DNA of 64,000 nucleotides from Vairimorpha necatrix (Eukaryota): NCBI GenBank assembly GCA_036630325.1, contig CP142735.1, positions 496,001 to 560,000 of the forward strand, read 5' to 3'. Shown piece by piece: positions 22,307 to 35,267 of this stretch (position 1 is its first letter; each line of letters starts with the position of its first letter). The notes under the pieces were generated by a model. It saw only the letters and a program-made list of their open reading frames with translations, ran no database searches and was not told where the DNA came from. The position numbers and the translations under genes were made by a program.

Positions 22307-22781
22307 CTATAAAATACATATAATATATCTAAATTCACATTCTGTATAATAAATTTTTTAGTAACATTATTAGACAATTCAATTAGATGAGTGCAATGTC
22401 TATTAAAACAAAAAGCGGACAATTGGGATGTAAATAAAATCTGTCCATAATAAACGAGACATGACAAAATAAACCTTCTATAAAACAATGTATAATAGTA
22501 TTCATAAGTTAGTTGTACTAAATTGAAATTATAAAAGATACTAAAGAATTATTAACTTAGGATTAGAAAGTATAAAATGGTATATTTTGAGAAATCTTTG
22601 TAAAAAGATAGGTACTTTAGTCCTAACGAGGAAACCAAAATAGCATTACATTCTAATTTATACGGCAAAGAAGATTTTTATAAGAAAGAGAATCTGTTTG
22701 TAAATATAAGCAACAATATTTCATACGATTATCTTTTTTCAGAAAAAATAACACATATAAGACTCATTAAAAAAAAATTAT

Positions 22782-24206
22782 TCATTTATTTTTAAAAAAC
22801 TTCCAAGTCAAAAACAATGAATTTGCCACCGCCATACATCCCCAAAAAAACATTGGATTCGTAAAAATCTTCTTCAAATCATCTGGTTTATATTCGCAAG
22901 TATCGTCATCTGCCTTATTGTAAGATGGCAACTCTGCATTTGAGCCAGAATCTCGTTTTAAATTAATGGGGTCTTTTGATGCAGATGCTACTGGGTTGTT
23001 TTCGCTTAATGGGCATTCACCATTGGTATTGGTGCAAAGGACAATGCCAAATTCTCCAGCATCTGGGCTATAAGAGGTGGTATCTGACAAACTACTACTA
23101 GAATCTACATCGAAGCCATATTCCGTCCTTATACTTACTTCTGAAGTTAATAAGGGATCATTTGCCGAATTTGAGTTAGAACTATTAATGCTTACCTCTT
23201 GATCTTCTTCTGATGTTTTTTTCATTAAATTTTCATCAAATTCATTTTTTATCGTATGTTGTTCATTTTTGTTGTTAAGAGCATATCCCGTCTCTCCGGC
23301 TCTACGATCAACTGACAAATTCTCGGTGGATTTTTTAGTGTAAATATCTGATAATACATTTTGATTATGATTTAATTGATCAAATTTTGATAAAAAATTG
23401 TCTTCCACATACAGAAATGAATCGCGAGATTTATCTGTATTATATTTTTCTTGTTCAAATTCTTTCAATTTTTTAAAGGTCTTTGCGTTGGGATCTTCGT
23501 GTACTTCTTCTGCTAAAGTTGAGTTTTTGTTAATTAAAAAATTTTCATTATGAGAGCTTTCAGATTCAATTTTCGAATTGTCTTGATATTCCCATAAATC
23601 TAAAGAGACTTTACAAAATGTTAGTTCTGATTCGGGATTTTGATCATCAGAAACAATGGAATAAAAATCGGTGTCATGTATATAGGCATTTCGAAATTCA
23701 TTTAAATTGGAGTTTTCGTGCTCTGATGCTGATGATGTATCATTTGACTCATTAATGGGATCATCTTGGCACATTTTTTTCAAGGTAGAATTTTCGTTAA
23801 CTATCAAATTGGCATTAAAATTATCAACGAAAGCATCTTTGCAATCTTTTATTTTGGTTTTTGAATCGTCTTGAGCTTTTGAGTTATATTTATGGTCCGT
23901 AGATAATTTACCATATAATTGTTCTGATTCGTTATTTGAATTTATATAGAGAGATGGACACTCTGAAAATTCACTAAAAGAGAGGGATCGATCAAATAAA
24001 GAAAGTTCCATGTCTGTATTATTTGAAATATCATTTAATGAGTAACTTTTTTGCAAAGGATCTGCCATTGAATCGTTAATTATTATCATATCTAAATTTT
24101 CAATGTTGATTGAACTGTCCGTGTCCAAATTCGGAGCACTTTCTTTGTGATCTTCTTTCGTTGATTTAGAAAAGCTTAAAAAACATAAAATGTATTTTTT
24201 TATCAT
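22782..24206 (-). CDS. 474-aa acidic S/N/D/E-rich protein with signal-peptide-like N-terminus and C-terminal TM anchor
   Basis: Intact ORF; MIKKYILCFLSFS; C-terminal FFWGCMAVANSLFLTWKFFK resembling the tails of the 413- and 433-aa proteins. Confidence 0.85.
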   Translation of the reverse strand: MIKKYILCFLSFSKSTKEDHKESAPNLDTDSSINIENLDMIIINDSMADPLQKSYSLNDISNNTDMELSLFDRSLSFSEFSECPSLYINSNNESEQLYGKLSTDHKYNSKAQDDSKTKIKDCKDAFVDNFNANLIVNENSTLKKMCQDDPINESNDTSSASEHENSNLNEFRNAYIHDTDFYSIVSDDQNPESELTFCKVSLDLWEYQDNSKIESESSHNENFLINKNSTLAEEVHEDPNAKTFKKLKEFEQEKYNTDKSRDSFLYVEDNFLSKFDQLNHNQNVLSDIYTKKSTENLSVDRRAGETGYALNNKNEQHTIKNEFDENLMKKTSEEDQEVSINSSNSNSANDPLLTSEVSIRTEYGFDVDSSSSLSDTTSYSPDAGEFGIVLCTNTNGECPLSENNPVASASKDPINLKRDSGSNAELPSYNKADDDTCEYKPDDLKKIFTNPMFFWGCMAVANSLFLTWKFFKNK

Positions 24207-27200
24207 AATTAGGGTTCAGAAATATAAGAATATATAACATCCCCCCCTCCAAGACGGTTAGTCTCCTACATCACCATTGACCCTAAGCAGATTTTTCAAG
24301 TCATAATGTCTCTTTTTAACATATCGCCCATTAGATAGCTTCACAACATACGAGTCCCCAGGGCATACCACCAATATAATACCTTCGTCTAAAAACCTTC
24401 CCTTTTCATATTTATTACATCCTTTGATGTTTTCTTTCTTAGCTATCCTTACTCGTTGTCCTTAAATAAACCGCTCTCTATATCTTCTAACAAATCTTTT
24501 ACTGTAGTCTCCTTCTGGTACATTTAATATCATCACTTTCCCTGTATTGTCTTTTACCGCTTCATTGGGAGTACTTCTTATACCTCCATGGTAACTATTA
24601 TTATAAATTTTAAAGCTTTCAATCACTATGTCTTCAAAACTCGCCGTCTCTTTACTCATTTTCAATATTAGCTCTCTCAGCGTTCCTCTAACTCTTTCAA
24701 CTCTACCATTGCTTCTATGAGACTCGACACTCACCTTATTATGGGTAATATCCAATTTTCTACACAAATCCTTAAAGTCAACATTATCAAATTCCTTCCC
24801 ATTATCCGTTATTATTTCCTCCGGCTTTCTGCCATTTCTACATAAGTATTCAATAAACTGGGCCACAGAGGATCTCTTTTTATCGTATAATACACATCCC
24901 CACGCTATCCTCGTATAGTAATCTATCGCAACTAATACATATTTGCCCTTATCTCTAAAATCAATCAAATCTAACGCTACTTTTTCTAAATACCTGCTTG
25001 TAGCAACAAAATCAATCCTCCAGACCTTTTCCTATTGTAAATTTGACACTCCTCGCATCTTTTTATCATTTTCACTATATCTTCTTTTATTCCTGGCCAA
25101 TAATAATCAAACTTCATGGCATAATACATGCTTCCTAGTCCTCTGTGTCCATGCTCTTCATGATAACGTCTCATAAGCTCATCTCTTTCTTCTATTTTAG
25201 GAATCAATGCTTTCCTCCCCGAATCAAATTTCCTGAATTCTATACCGTCTATTGTCTATTTTCTCGACGTGCTTCAACCATTTACCCCCAGTTTGGCGCT
25301 CACTTCTTTTTTATCATTTCTTTTCTTGGATCAACCTCCTAGTGTATCCCACTTAAAGCATCCGCCACGGCCATATGTTCTGGTTTCCTGTAATCTATTT
25401 CAAAGTCAAACTCTTGGATCTTCTCAATCTATCGATTAATCCTATTATTATTAAAACACGGCTTTCTTCTTATTTCCGCCAATGCTTTGTGATCCGTCTC
25501 TACTTTAAATTTTCGTCCTATTAACTCATACTCAAATTTCTTTATTCCCCAATATATGGCATACATTCCCTTTTCACTTATACCATATCTAGTTTCCATC
25601 GGGGTGAATTTCTTCGATGCCCATTGTACTGACACCCACTCTTCTTTATCATTCTTCTGCATGAATACTGCGCCCATTCCTATATTGCTCGCGTCAGTTC
25701 TTAATAAAAATTCAATGTCATAGTTTACAATTTTCAACTTACGCATACTTCCTAACGTTTCCTTCATATTTTCGAACTCTTTATTCTAGTCATCAGTCCA
25801 ATTCAGCACTTTACTTTTACCTTTCAAGCTTTCAGTCATATATAATGTCTTCTCCGCATAATTTAATAATCCTCGAACCATTCACTCAGTTCTAAAAATC
25901 TTCTTATGTCAGACACATTCTGCGAGTTGGAAACTCTAGTGCTTCATTTTTCTTGATTTCGGACGGCATCATATCATCTCCGTTTAGTGTAACTCTTAAT
26001 AACTTTACTCCTTTTGGCAATACTGAATTTTCTTTGAATTTATCCAAATATTATTCCGTTTTAACAATTCCATCGCTTCTACAAATGGTTTATCATGTTC
26101 TTTTCTAGTCTTCGCATGAATCACTATATCGTCCATGTATACTTCTATTTTACCACCCAAATGTTTTTCAAAAATCTTATCTATAATTTTCTGCATGATC
26201 CGAGGCGAGTTTTTAAACCCCATGACCATACTATTCCACTCATATACTATCTTATCATACTTCAATGCAGTCTTATGCTTGTCTTGCTCTTCTATTTAGA
26301 TCATAAAAAGCCTCCTTAAGGTCTATAAACATTGAAAAAACTTCGACCCTTGCGTGTTCCTTATGATATCCCTAATGTTTACTAATATATAAGGGTCTTT
26401 CTTTACTAAATCATTTAATGATATGAGATTGCTAACCAGCCTTATACTTCCATCTGGCTTAACTAAAGCTTTAATCGGGTTTCTCCATTCCGACGTCAAT
26501 CTTCTTTTGACATTCCTTGTCTCAAACTTCTAAATATATTTTCTCAGCTCTTCTTTATGCGCTTGTGGCACCTGCTGACCTTTCCTTACAACTTTCTTGC
26601 CTTTTTCAGTTATGATTCTGCAATTTTCAATATTACAATATCTTATTTTCTCTTCTTCGTTGTCTATAACGTTCCTAAACCTCTTTCTCATGTCTTCTAA
26701 TGTTAGACCGTTCTTTTCTACCTCATCATAACATCTATTATTTCTTGTCTTCCATTCTTGTTTCTTTTGTCTTTTCGCATCCCATGTGTTCCTATACGTC
26801 CTTTCATCACAGCTACTGCTCTCTTTTCTTTAATCTTTTCACATTCGTCTTTATTCTTAACATTTCTATATCTATAATAACACATCTGACTCTTATGTCC
26901 CATTCTTGAACAATTATAACATCTCATTGTTCTTCTCTTCTCAAATATTCTTTCCTCTCTACTATTATTTCTAATCTCCTCTGCCACCATCTTTGTGATC
27001 TCCTCAATCATCCGTAATCTCAAATCCTTTTCCTCCTGTACTTTAACCAATTCCTCTAATTTGGTTTCCATAACTTTCCAATGATCTCCAATCTTAATAT
27101 TCTTAACCATAAATTCTTTCAACTCATCAGTTCCAAGATCAAAAATCTCCTTCTTTACATTCTTCTTAAAATCATAATCAGACAATACTAATCCATAAAC

Positions 27201-27332
27201 AATCCTCTTAAACTCTTCTAATAACCTTTTGGCCTCTTGACCACAGCCAACACTTGTTAACTCACAATTCGGTATCGCCCCCATGTATTTATTTATCATA
27301 ATTGGGGTTCGGAAATATAAGAATATATAACA
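24191..27332 (-). mobile_element. Decayed Ty3/Gypsy retrotransposon (element C) with 49-bp LTRs
   Basis: Direct repeats 24191-24239 and 27284-27332 (46/49 identical, TG...CA); PBS TGGGGGCGATACCG after the 5' LTR; PPT GGAGGGGGGGA before the 3' LTR; gag CCHC (CYNCSRMGHKSQMC), RT YMDD, RNase H TDAS, integrase HHCC and DDE in frameshifted fragments. Confidence 0.92.
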
Positions 27333-28239
27333 TATTATATCTTTTGCATTTTCATAAAAAATTGGATCATAGGTGGAACATCAATGGGAAATTTCATCTT
27401 AAAGCTGAAGAAATCACTTTTAATTTTAGTACCATTTTTAAGAATTCTGCTAGAATTGTCCGATTTCTCAATATTCTCACACAAAGGTTTTTAAACCCCA
27501 AGAAGAATTCCAAGTCACTAATAGTTTTTTAAGAATTTCTTTTCTGAAATTTAGACTACTACTTACTTTTACCGTTAAAAGGAATAAGATTGAAAATTTC
27601 ATGGGGCAATTAATACTTAACTTCTATAATATTTGGTAGAATTAAGGTAATTATATAGACATAACTAAGTTAATCGATATTTTTCAAAGTTTATTATGTT
27701 AAACAAAATATACGATTTCAATATAAAATAGAGGTTATTAAAACGAAAATTTGTGATTGATGACGTCGGCAAATAAAAGAACGAAAATGTTTTTTTTTAT
27801 TAAATGAAATTTTTATGTGTTCCTTTAGCATATTTAAACCTTTATTTTATAACATGAGGTTTTATTTAATACAATTGTTTTTAACTGTGAAGCTAAATGA
27901 TTCTATAACCCCCACAATGACGTTGTGTGTCATTATAGTATCTGTTTTGTAATGATTCATTCTTAGTAATTCAATAAAAGATTAATACGACTATTACAAT
28001 ATTTTAGTAAATTTATTGTTTTTGTGGCACTAAGAATAAAACCATTCAATTTATAAATAAGTGGCGGAACCCATGACAGGAACTAATTATTGATTAATTG
28101 TGTCTCTATTAAATACATTTATTTGATATTTGAATCTTTGTAGTGCTATTTAAATTTATATACATGCATAGCATAAAAATATTAAAAATAAATAAAATGT
28201 AAAAATAGAGTCTTCTGTTGGTTCTATTTTTATATCAGG

Positions 28240-29090
28240 CTTATATTTCCGTAAAACTTAGGCTCTAATGTCTATAACTTTATTTCAGAACATTCTCAAA
28301 CAAGTTTTTATTGTGAAATTTGCAGAATCAAATGATACAAATATTGTCTTGAGCATCGAAAAATAATCTTTGATGCGATTTAACGATGCAGAATAAGAAA
28401 GCTGAAATACATGTGCGGTGTTTGTTTTATATATTATTTTTGTAACTTTCCGGGAAAGATAAAACTAGCCTTTTTCTACTAAGAACTTCTCAAATTTTCA
28501 TAAAAAAAACATTGTTATTTTTCATAAAAGTCTAAAAAACGGTCAGAGTTGTACGCACCACGTTCAAATAAAATTCTCAATAATTCTTTTTTGATATTGC
28601 ATCGTGCAGCTAATATTTTATATACTTTTGCTGCCACATTCTGTATGGTTTTCTTTTTTTCTAGGTGCCCATTCCTCGTGTCGCATGAGCGTTGAACCCC
28701 ATTTAATAAAATCAAACTAGGTGAAAATCAAAGATCTACATTTTTTCCAAGGCGAAAATACACTTTTATTAGTGTTTTATGGAAATTACGTAGATATGGC
28801 GTACATAGAGAGAGAGTTTTTCTTTCATTATTCAGCCTTTGAATGTTTCTGATAAAAAAGATATGATCTAATTTACATTTGTTCATGTATTTAACTCTTT
28901 AGAAATTTCTGTAAGGTAAAAATGTCTCTACAAAAACATTGTTCTAATTACTCGATCGTATTTAAAAGTATTTTGATTTGAAACAGCTGTGGAGTAGGCC
29001 TATTTGATGGTTGTGATGTTAATTTTAATGTATGTAATGGTTGATGATGTAGATCAAATATTCTTGATATAGCAATAATACATCATTTTA
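28240..29090 (-). pseudogene. Very decayed Tc1/IS630-like transposase remnant; ends approximate
   Basis: Fragment ERGAYNSDRFLDF parallels KRGVYNSALFVEF of the Tc1 element at 41470; no TIRs found. Confidence 0.45.
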
Positions 29091-30478
29091 ATCCTCTAAT
29101 TCTAAAATGACGTTTTCTGATTCGGTAATGATTGTTTTTCTTTTTTAATTATCAAGAAGAGGTTAAAATTATAAAATTTATGATACTTAAAAATATAAAT
29201 ATGGTAATATAGTAATACATAGCTATAACTATTACTGGTCATTGTTTTTTGTTCTTTATTGCTCTCCTGCAATATATTTTGTTTTTTCGGCAAACAAATA
29301 AATATGAACTACCTAAAATGCGAACTTTTTTTTTGTATCTAGATTCCATTAATGAGAGTTCTGGCTTATGCTTACATCTTATGATGGTTATTTCAGTACT
29401 GACTATAGAATGATAAAGTTTTGTTATTAAATATTCAAAAAAATGAACAAATAAAAAGTAAAAAGGCATGAGAGAATGGTGTTTTATTTGCACTTATTCT
29501 TAAATTCTAGCAATTTTTTATCACAGACATACAGGACAATTAAACCAAATAAAAAACCTCGTTTGAGGTTAAAATATCAATCAACCGACTCATAAAAATG
29601 TAAATATAATCTTTTAATACATTCCAAAATTTATCCTGATTATATTAAGATTTTTCTTGCCATGTTTTTATGATTAAAGTAAAAAATATAAAAAGAAAAT
29701 GCAATATTAATATTTAATCAAGAAATTTATAGGAAAATTTGATTTAGTATAACTTAAATGAATTTTTTTTAAGAAAAATATAATTTCAAAAAAAATAAAC
29801 ACAATTATTAAAAGAACTGTGAATATTTGGCGCTAACAAATTTAATAACATAGCTAAATTTTTTAAAAACTATGAACTAGTGTTTAAACAAATGTAGTAA
29901 TGAAAAGTATCAACATAAATATCAATATATATATATATATATATATATTTAAATTATAATGGTTAAAAAACTCTTTATTTTCTGCATGATTCTGTTGCGT
30001 AATGTTAATTAATTTTATAATAAATAAAGTAATTTTAATTGATTTTTATGTAGACATAAGCTATTAATTAGGTCTGCGCTATTATTTGCGACTTAAAGAA
30101 CAGATTTAAGTCGCATACAACGGAACAACAAAAAGGAAGTAAATGAGTTTTTATGTTCCATATTAAAATATCAATTCCCTAAATACCACTACCTCTACGT
30201 GTACGGTTAGTTTTTAACAATTTTTAAAAAACAGTATTTGATTTATTTTGTCAAACTTAGCAAATCATTTACTTTAGATTATTCGTCTTTTTTTATGATT
30301 TTTTTTTTACAGTTCGACGCTTTTGGACTATTAAGTTTGTTATTACACTTATTTAACATAATATTTTCCTATGTTTTATGCTGTCCTTTAAGTATTTATA
30401 TATGAACCAAAACCTATTAGTTTTCAAGTCCATATTTTAAAATTTATTTGTTTGCCGCGAAAATACATTATCCTAAGT

Positions 30479-33190
30479 CAGAGATGGGCAAAAGCCGGCC
30501 CTTTTGCTAATTTTATCCGGCCCGCTGAAAAATTCTAACGTAATTTTTTTAAAACTCTTTATGAGATTTTGTTGACATAAACATTATTAGTATGCGAACT
30601 GTATATATAATAGGCGAAATAAAATAAGCGTTTGGCTTATTACACTAGTGTGAACGATGCGGGTCGCTCGCGACAATCGCTCTCATGGCGGGGGGGGGGG
30701 GTTCATCGAACACAAAGTAGATCGCGCTAGGTTTAAAATGCATGTGTGGACGACATATGCTGCACTCCTCTCAGCCTCTCAATGTTTAAGGGACGACAGA
30801 TCGCAGCCCAGGTATTGTTAATTATTATTTTATTCTGGTCGCATACTCTTTTTTAGTTCGAATCTACCATTGGTTTGCATATATAAAATAGAAAAAGTGG
30901 ACTTTTTGTAAGTAAATTTTTAAAACTTTGGTGTTTTTTTATTGTTTTTATTTAACTTATTTTTTTTGTAGCCCTTTTAAAATGAGAGAAACTAAAAAAG
31001 AAAAGTTGATTTGGAATGCAGAAACTTCAATGAAGCTTAGACGGTAAAATATCTTTTTACAAACATTAATAAGAAAGCATTTTGTTTAGTTTGTCGGGAA
31101 ACAATTGCTGTTTTCAAAGAATACAATTTAAGCAGGCATTTTACAACAAAACATCCAAAATATGCATCACTTTCTTTACAAGAACTTCAAAACATAGCTG
31201 AAAACTTAACAAAAAACTTGAATCAGCAACAAATTTTTTTTTTCCAAACGAATTAATATTGTAAAATCTACCACAAAAGCAAGTTAAGCTGTCGCACACA
31301 AAATTGCTAAGTTCTTAAACCGTTTTTAGAAGCAGAATTTGTTAAACAATGCATGGTACAAGTGTCGGAGATATGTTGTCCTGAAAAGAAACATATTTTT
31401 GAAAATCTAAGCCTTTCTTGAAGAAGGATAGTACGCCGGATTGAAAATATTTCAGGAAACTTACTTGACCAGCTAAGCAGAAAAATTGCTGATTTTACCT
31501 ATTATTCTCTGGCTTTAGATGAGTCCTGCGATATTACAGATACAAGTCAATTATTAATATTTATTCGCGGCATTAATAGGAAATGTGAAATTAGCGAGGA
31601 ACTTCTTAGTGTGCATCCAATGAAAAATACAACTACTGGTAAAGACTTTTTCTCGCTGTTGAAGAGTGTTTAGTTAAAGTTAGTTTAACTTGGAATAAAA
31701 TAGTAAGCGTCACTACGGATGGCTGTCAAAGTTCAACAGGGAAAAATATAGGCTTACTTAAACGAATTCGCGACAAAGTAAAAAAGTTACAACCAGAACA
31801 CTATATATTATTTTTGCACTGCATTATTCACCAAGAAATGCTATGCGGAAAAGTTTGAAATTGAATCACGTCGTTACTGTTGTGACCAAAGTTGTGAATT
31901 TTATCCGAGGACGTGCCTTAAATCATCGACAGTTTCTTGAATTTTTGAAAGAAATTGAAAGTGACTACTACGAAATTCCCTATTACACTGAAGTGAGATG
32001 GCTTAGCATTGGTAAAGTTTTACATAGATTCCAATATTTGCTTGATGAAATAGTATCATTCTTTTCGATAAAAGAAAAACTACAAGATTTTCCTGAATTG
32101 CAAAATGAGGCTTGGCTAAACGATTTCTCGTTTTTAGTAGATATAGTAAAATATTTGAATGAACTAAATATAAATATACAAGGTAAAAACCAATTCGCCT
32201 TCAATATGCACTCAAACGTCAAAGCATTTATGACAAAACTCAATTTATTTGCTGAAAACTGTAATAATAAATTATTAAATCATTTCCCCTCATTGCAAGC
32301 ACGGCGAGAATCATTAAAAAATACAGATTTTTCTAAATATAGTGCAATAACACAAGACCTGCTTTCTGAATTCCAAAGAAAATTTCAAGATTTCAAAGAT
32401 ATTGAAAAACCTTTATCATTAATTAGCCATCCTTTCAATTTCGACATGCAAGAAGCTCCTGTTGAAATTCAACTAGAACTAATTGACTTACAATCAAATA
32501 ATTTACTAAAAGCAAATTTTCACTCAAACGAATTGAGTGCTTTCTATGGCGCGTTAAATAATGAACATTTCAAACATTTTTTGAACTATGCTCAGAAATA
32601 TCTTGTTTTATTTGGTTCGACTTATATTTGTGAAAGAACTTTTTCTTTAATGGTTTCCACGAAAAATAAGTATCGATCACAAATTACTGACGAAAATCTA
32701 CACTCGGTATTAAGAATTGCTACAAGTGATTTAGAACCTAATTTTAAAGAAAAAAATATCGGATGAACATTCGACATTTCACGTTTCGCAATAATTAAAT
32801 ATTTATTTTAACATTTGATGTTTTTTTTTCTTTTTTGAATTTTTTTACTATTATATTTAGAGATGCAATATAAATGTTAAATTGTAATAACCATGTGTCA
32901 ATAAAAAATAATTAATATCGTTAAGACATAAATAAGTAACAAAATAAAACCTTTTATTGTGTGGTTTATCTAATAGCCATTTATTTATAATAATATTTCC
33001 TTAAAATGTACTTGACATATTTTATTCTAATTGAAATGATACTTAATATTTTTGTAAAAAAATGGGCAGGGAAAAAACTTCATCCAAAATTTTTGCTTGT
33101 GTAAAGCAAAGCCGAAATAATCCTCCGGCCCGGGAGACATTTTAAAAAATTCATTTTGGCCCACAGCTTTAAAGTATTTGCCCACCTCTG
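30479..33190 (+). mobile_element. hAT transposon, Buster/SPIN (GTF2IRD2-like) type, transposase frameshifted (about 30982-32766)
   Basis: 8-bp TSD TCCTAAGT (30471-30478, 33191-33198) with central TA; TIR CAGAG(A/G)TGGGCAAA; motifs KEYNLSRHF, LALDESCD, TTDG, HCIIHQE, VRWLS, FGSTYICERTFS. Confidence 0.95.
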
Positions 33191-34949
33191 TCCTAAGTTG
33201 TAAATATGTGGGCACTTTGAACTCTGCAAAAAGTACAATTTTTAATTACTTTTCTACATAAATTTGTACAAGAAAGCATTTTTTTCCCAAATGATTTTTA
33301 GATTTAACTTTTCACCAAACTATCAAATCTAAACTTTATATTTTTTTACGTTTATAGCCTTTGAACACTAATGGTCACGTCTATTCAAAAAGATATGCAA
33401 TGGAAATGAATACCTTCCATTAGAGGCAATTTATTCCATATAACCTGTTTTGTAAGTTTACAATCACTGGGACTTTCGGTACTTTTTGTAAAATGTTTGG
33501 AACACTTGTTTGCGAACTTTAAAAATTTTATGCCTCTGATCATAAAATTTGGTACGTCGGTTAGCGCTGCACAATGTACTTTAAAAATTAAAAGGAAACA
33601 ACAGCAAAATTCTGTAACTCTGGTAGGCGTATTTCAAGACCGTAAAAATACATCAAGTAGAACTAGCGTCTCGTGAACTTATTATCAAAATCCTGTAACA
33701 CACGGCAGTTCCCCAGAAATCTGGGAAGAAAAAAGAACAACAACCCCACAACAAAGACGTTTGAAAGTGAGGTGTGTTTGGAGGAGAGTATGCGAGATCG
33801 GGATGAACGTAGGAGTCTTACGATCGATACGATGATATTATCCTCTTTGCATTTCAATATTGCCCGGTAATGTAATTGCTTGCTAAATTAGAACGCGTGA
33901 AGTTATAAATGAATTGGTTGTCTTGGAACAAAGTTAAATGCTTATGCGGTGTGTGATGAAGTGTTAAATTTGATAGTGCAATTTTAAGTAATGCATATAT
34001 TTTAGTATTAATTGAATGATGTGTCGTCACATTCTAATAGCACTATGTAAGGGTTTACATTCCCTCTTATTATCCTAAAAGTTAAAAATTTCGTCAGTAA
34101 TGCAGAAAGTGAGCTACATTCTATCGAATTTCGATAATGTGTATTATTAATATTTTTTGGAAGAATTTAAATATTTTAAAAGAAGATCATAAATGCTGTT
34201 AATATAATAATTTTATTAAATGTACCCCTAACCCACAATTATCTTTTTAGATGCAATCAATTTTGTTTTTTTTATTATTAAAGGCGAAATCTTAAATGAA
34301 GCAAAGTTATTAATTGCATAAAATTCTTAATAGATTCAATTAATTTATTAACTCCTATAATACTTTGTAAAAATTTACAAAATGATAATTAGTATTTTTT
34401 GTTTTCTATTGAGCTTTCATATGACTCATGGCAAATACAACCATTACGATGACGTATATAAGCCGCTGTGATCATTTGTTGCGTACTTTTGAATTGTATC
34501 AAAACATTTTGCAAAGTTAGAACAAGTTTAAGTGTAAAAAACAATATGATTTATGTGATAATAAGATACAACTTGATTAAAAACGTTGTTATTGTGACTG
34601 ATAGGGTGGACTATGAAAAAGTGGTGGAAAACTTACGAAAACACCTCTAAAAGTCAAAAACTAATGCATCGTGCAAAATTTATAGAATATGTCTATCACG
34701 CAGATTTTTAAGATATAACATGTCAAACTCTAGAATAATTATGCTTAAATATCCTAACAAAAAAATTATTATAAGTCTGAATTAATTTAGTCATCATCAT
34801 CATGCACAATTATATAAAAACATCGTAATTTTTATAGACAATATAAAATGTCGAACAGATAATTACTTGTTTGTAATTCTCTTAATACGTATGTCAATAG
34901 TTTTTTATTTATATTTTGTTGACTTTTTATAGATATTAACGTTTTATCC

Positions 34950-35267
34950 ATGTTTATTTTGTGTTTAATTCTTATAAGTGTAGGAGCTAGTAATAGTAAT
35001 TTATTCAGAAAGCAAATGCTAAAAAAAAATATTGCAGATTTAGAATACAAAATGAAAAAATTAAGCTCTATTCTTAATAAATACTCCAATTTTAGAAAAG
35101 CGTATAATAAAATAAAAGGACATGTTAAAATGATTACAGATGGGATTAGGGTTAAAGTTTATTATCCCATTTATATTACCACCAAAGTTCAATTCTTTAT
35201 GAACCATGCAAAAAAGTTAGTTAGCGGTAAAAAATTTTGTAAAGAAGAATACATCAAAGAAGTTTAA
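34950..35267 (+). CDS. Small basic secreted-type hypothetical protein (105 aa)
   Basis: Signal-like MFILCLILISVGA; TCC before ATG; decayed paralogue at 54103-54425. Confidence 0.6.
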   Translation: MFILCLILISVGASNSNLFRKQMLKKNIADLEYKMKKLSSILNKYSNFRKAYNKIKGHVKMITDGIRVKVYYPIYITTKVQFFMNHAKKLVSGKKFCKEEYIKEV

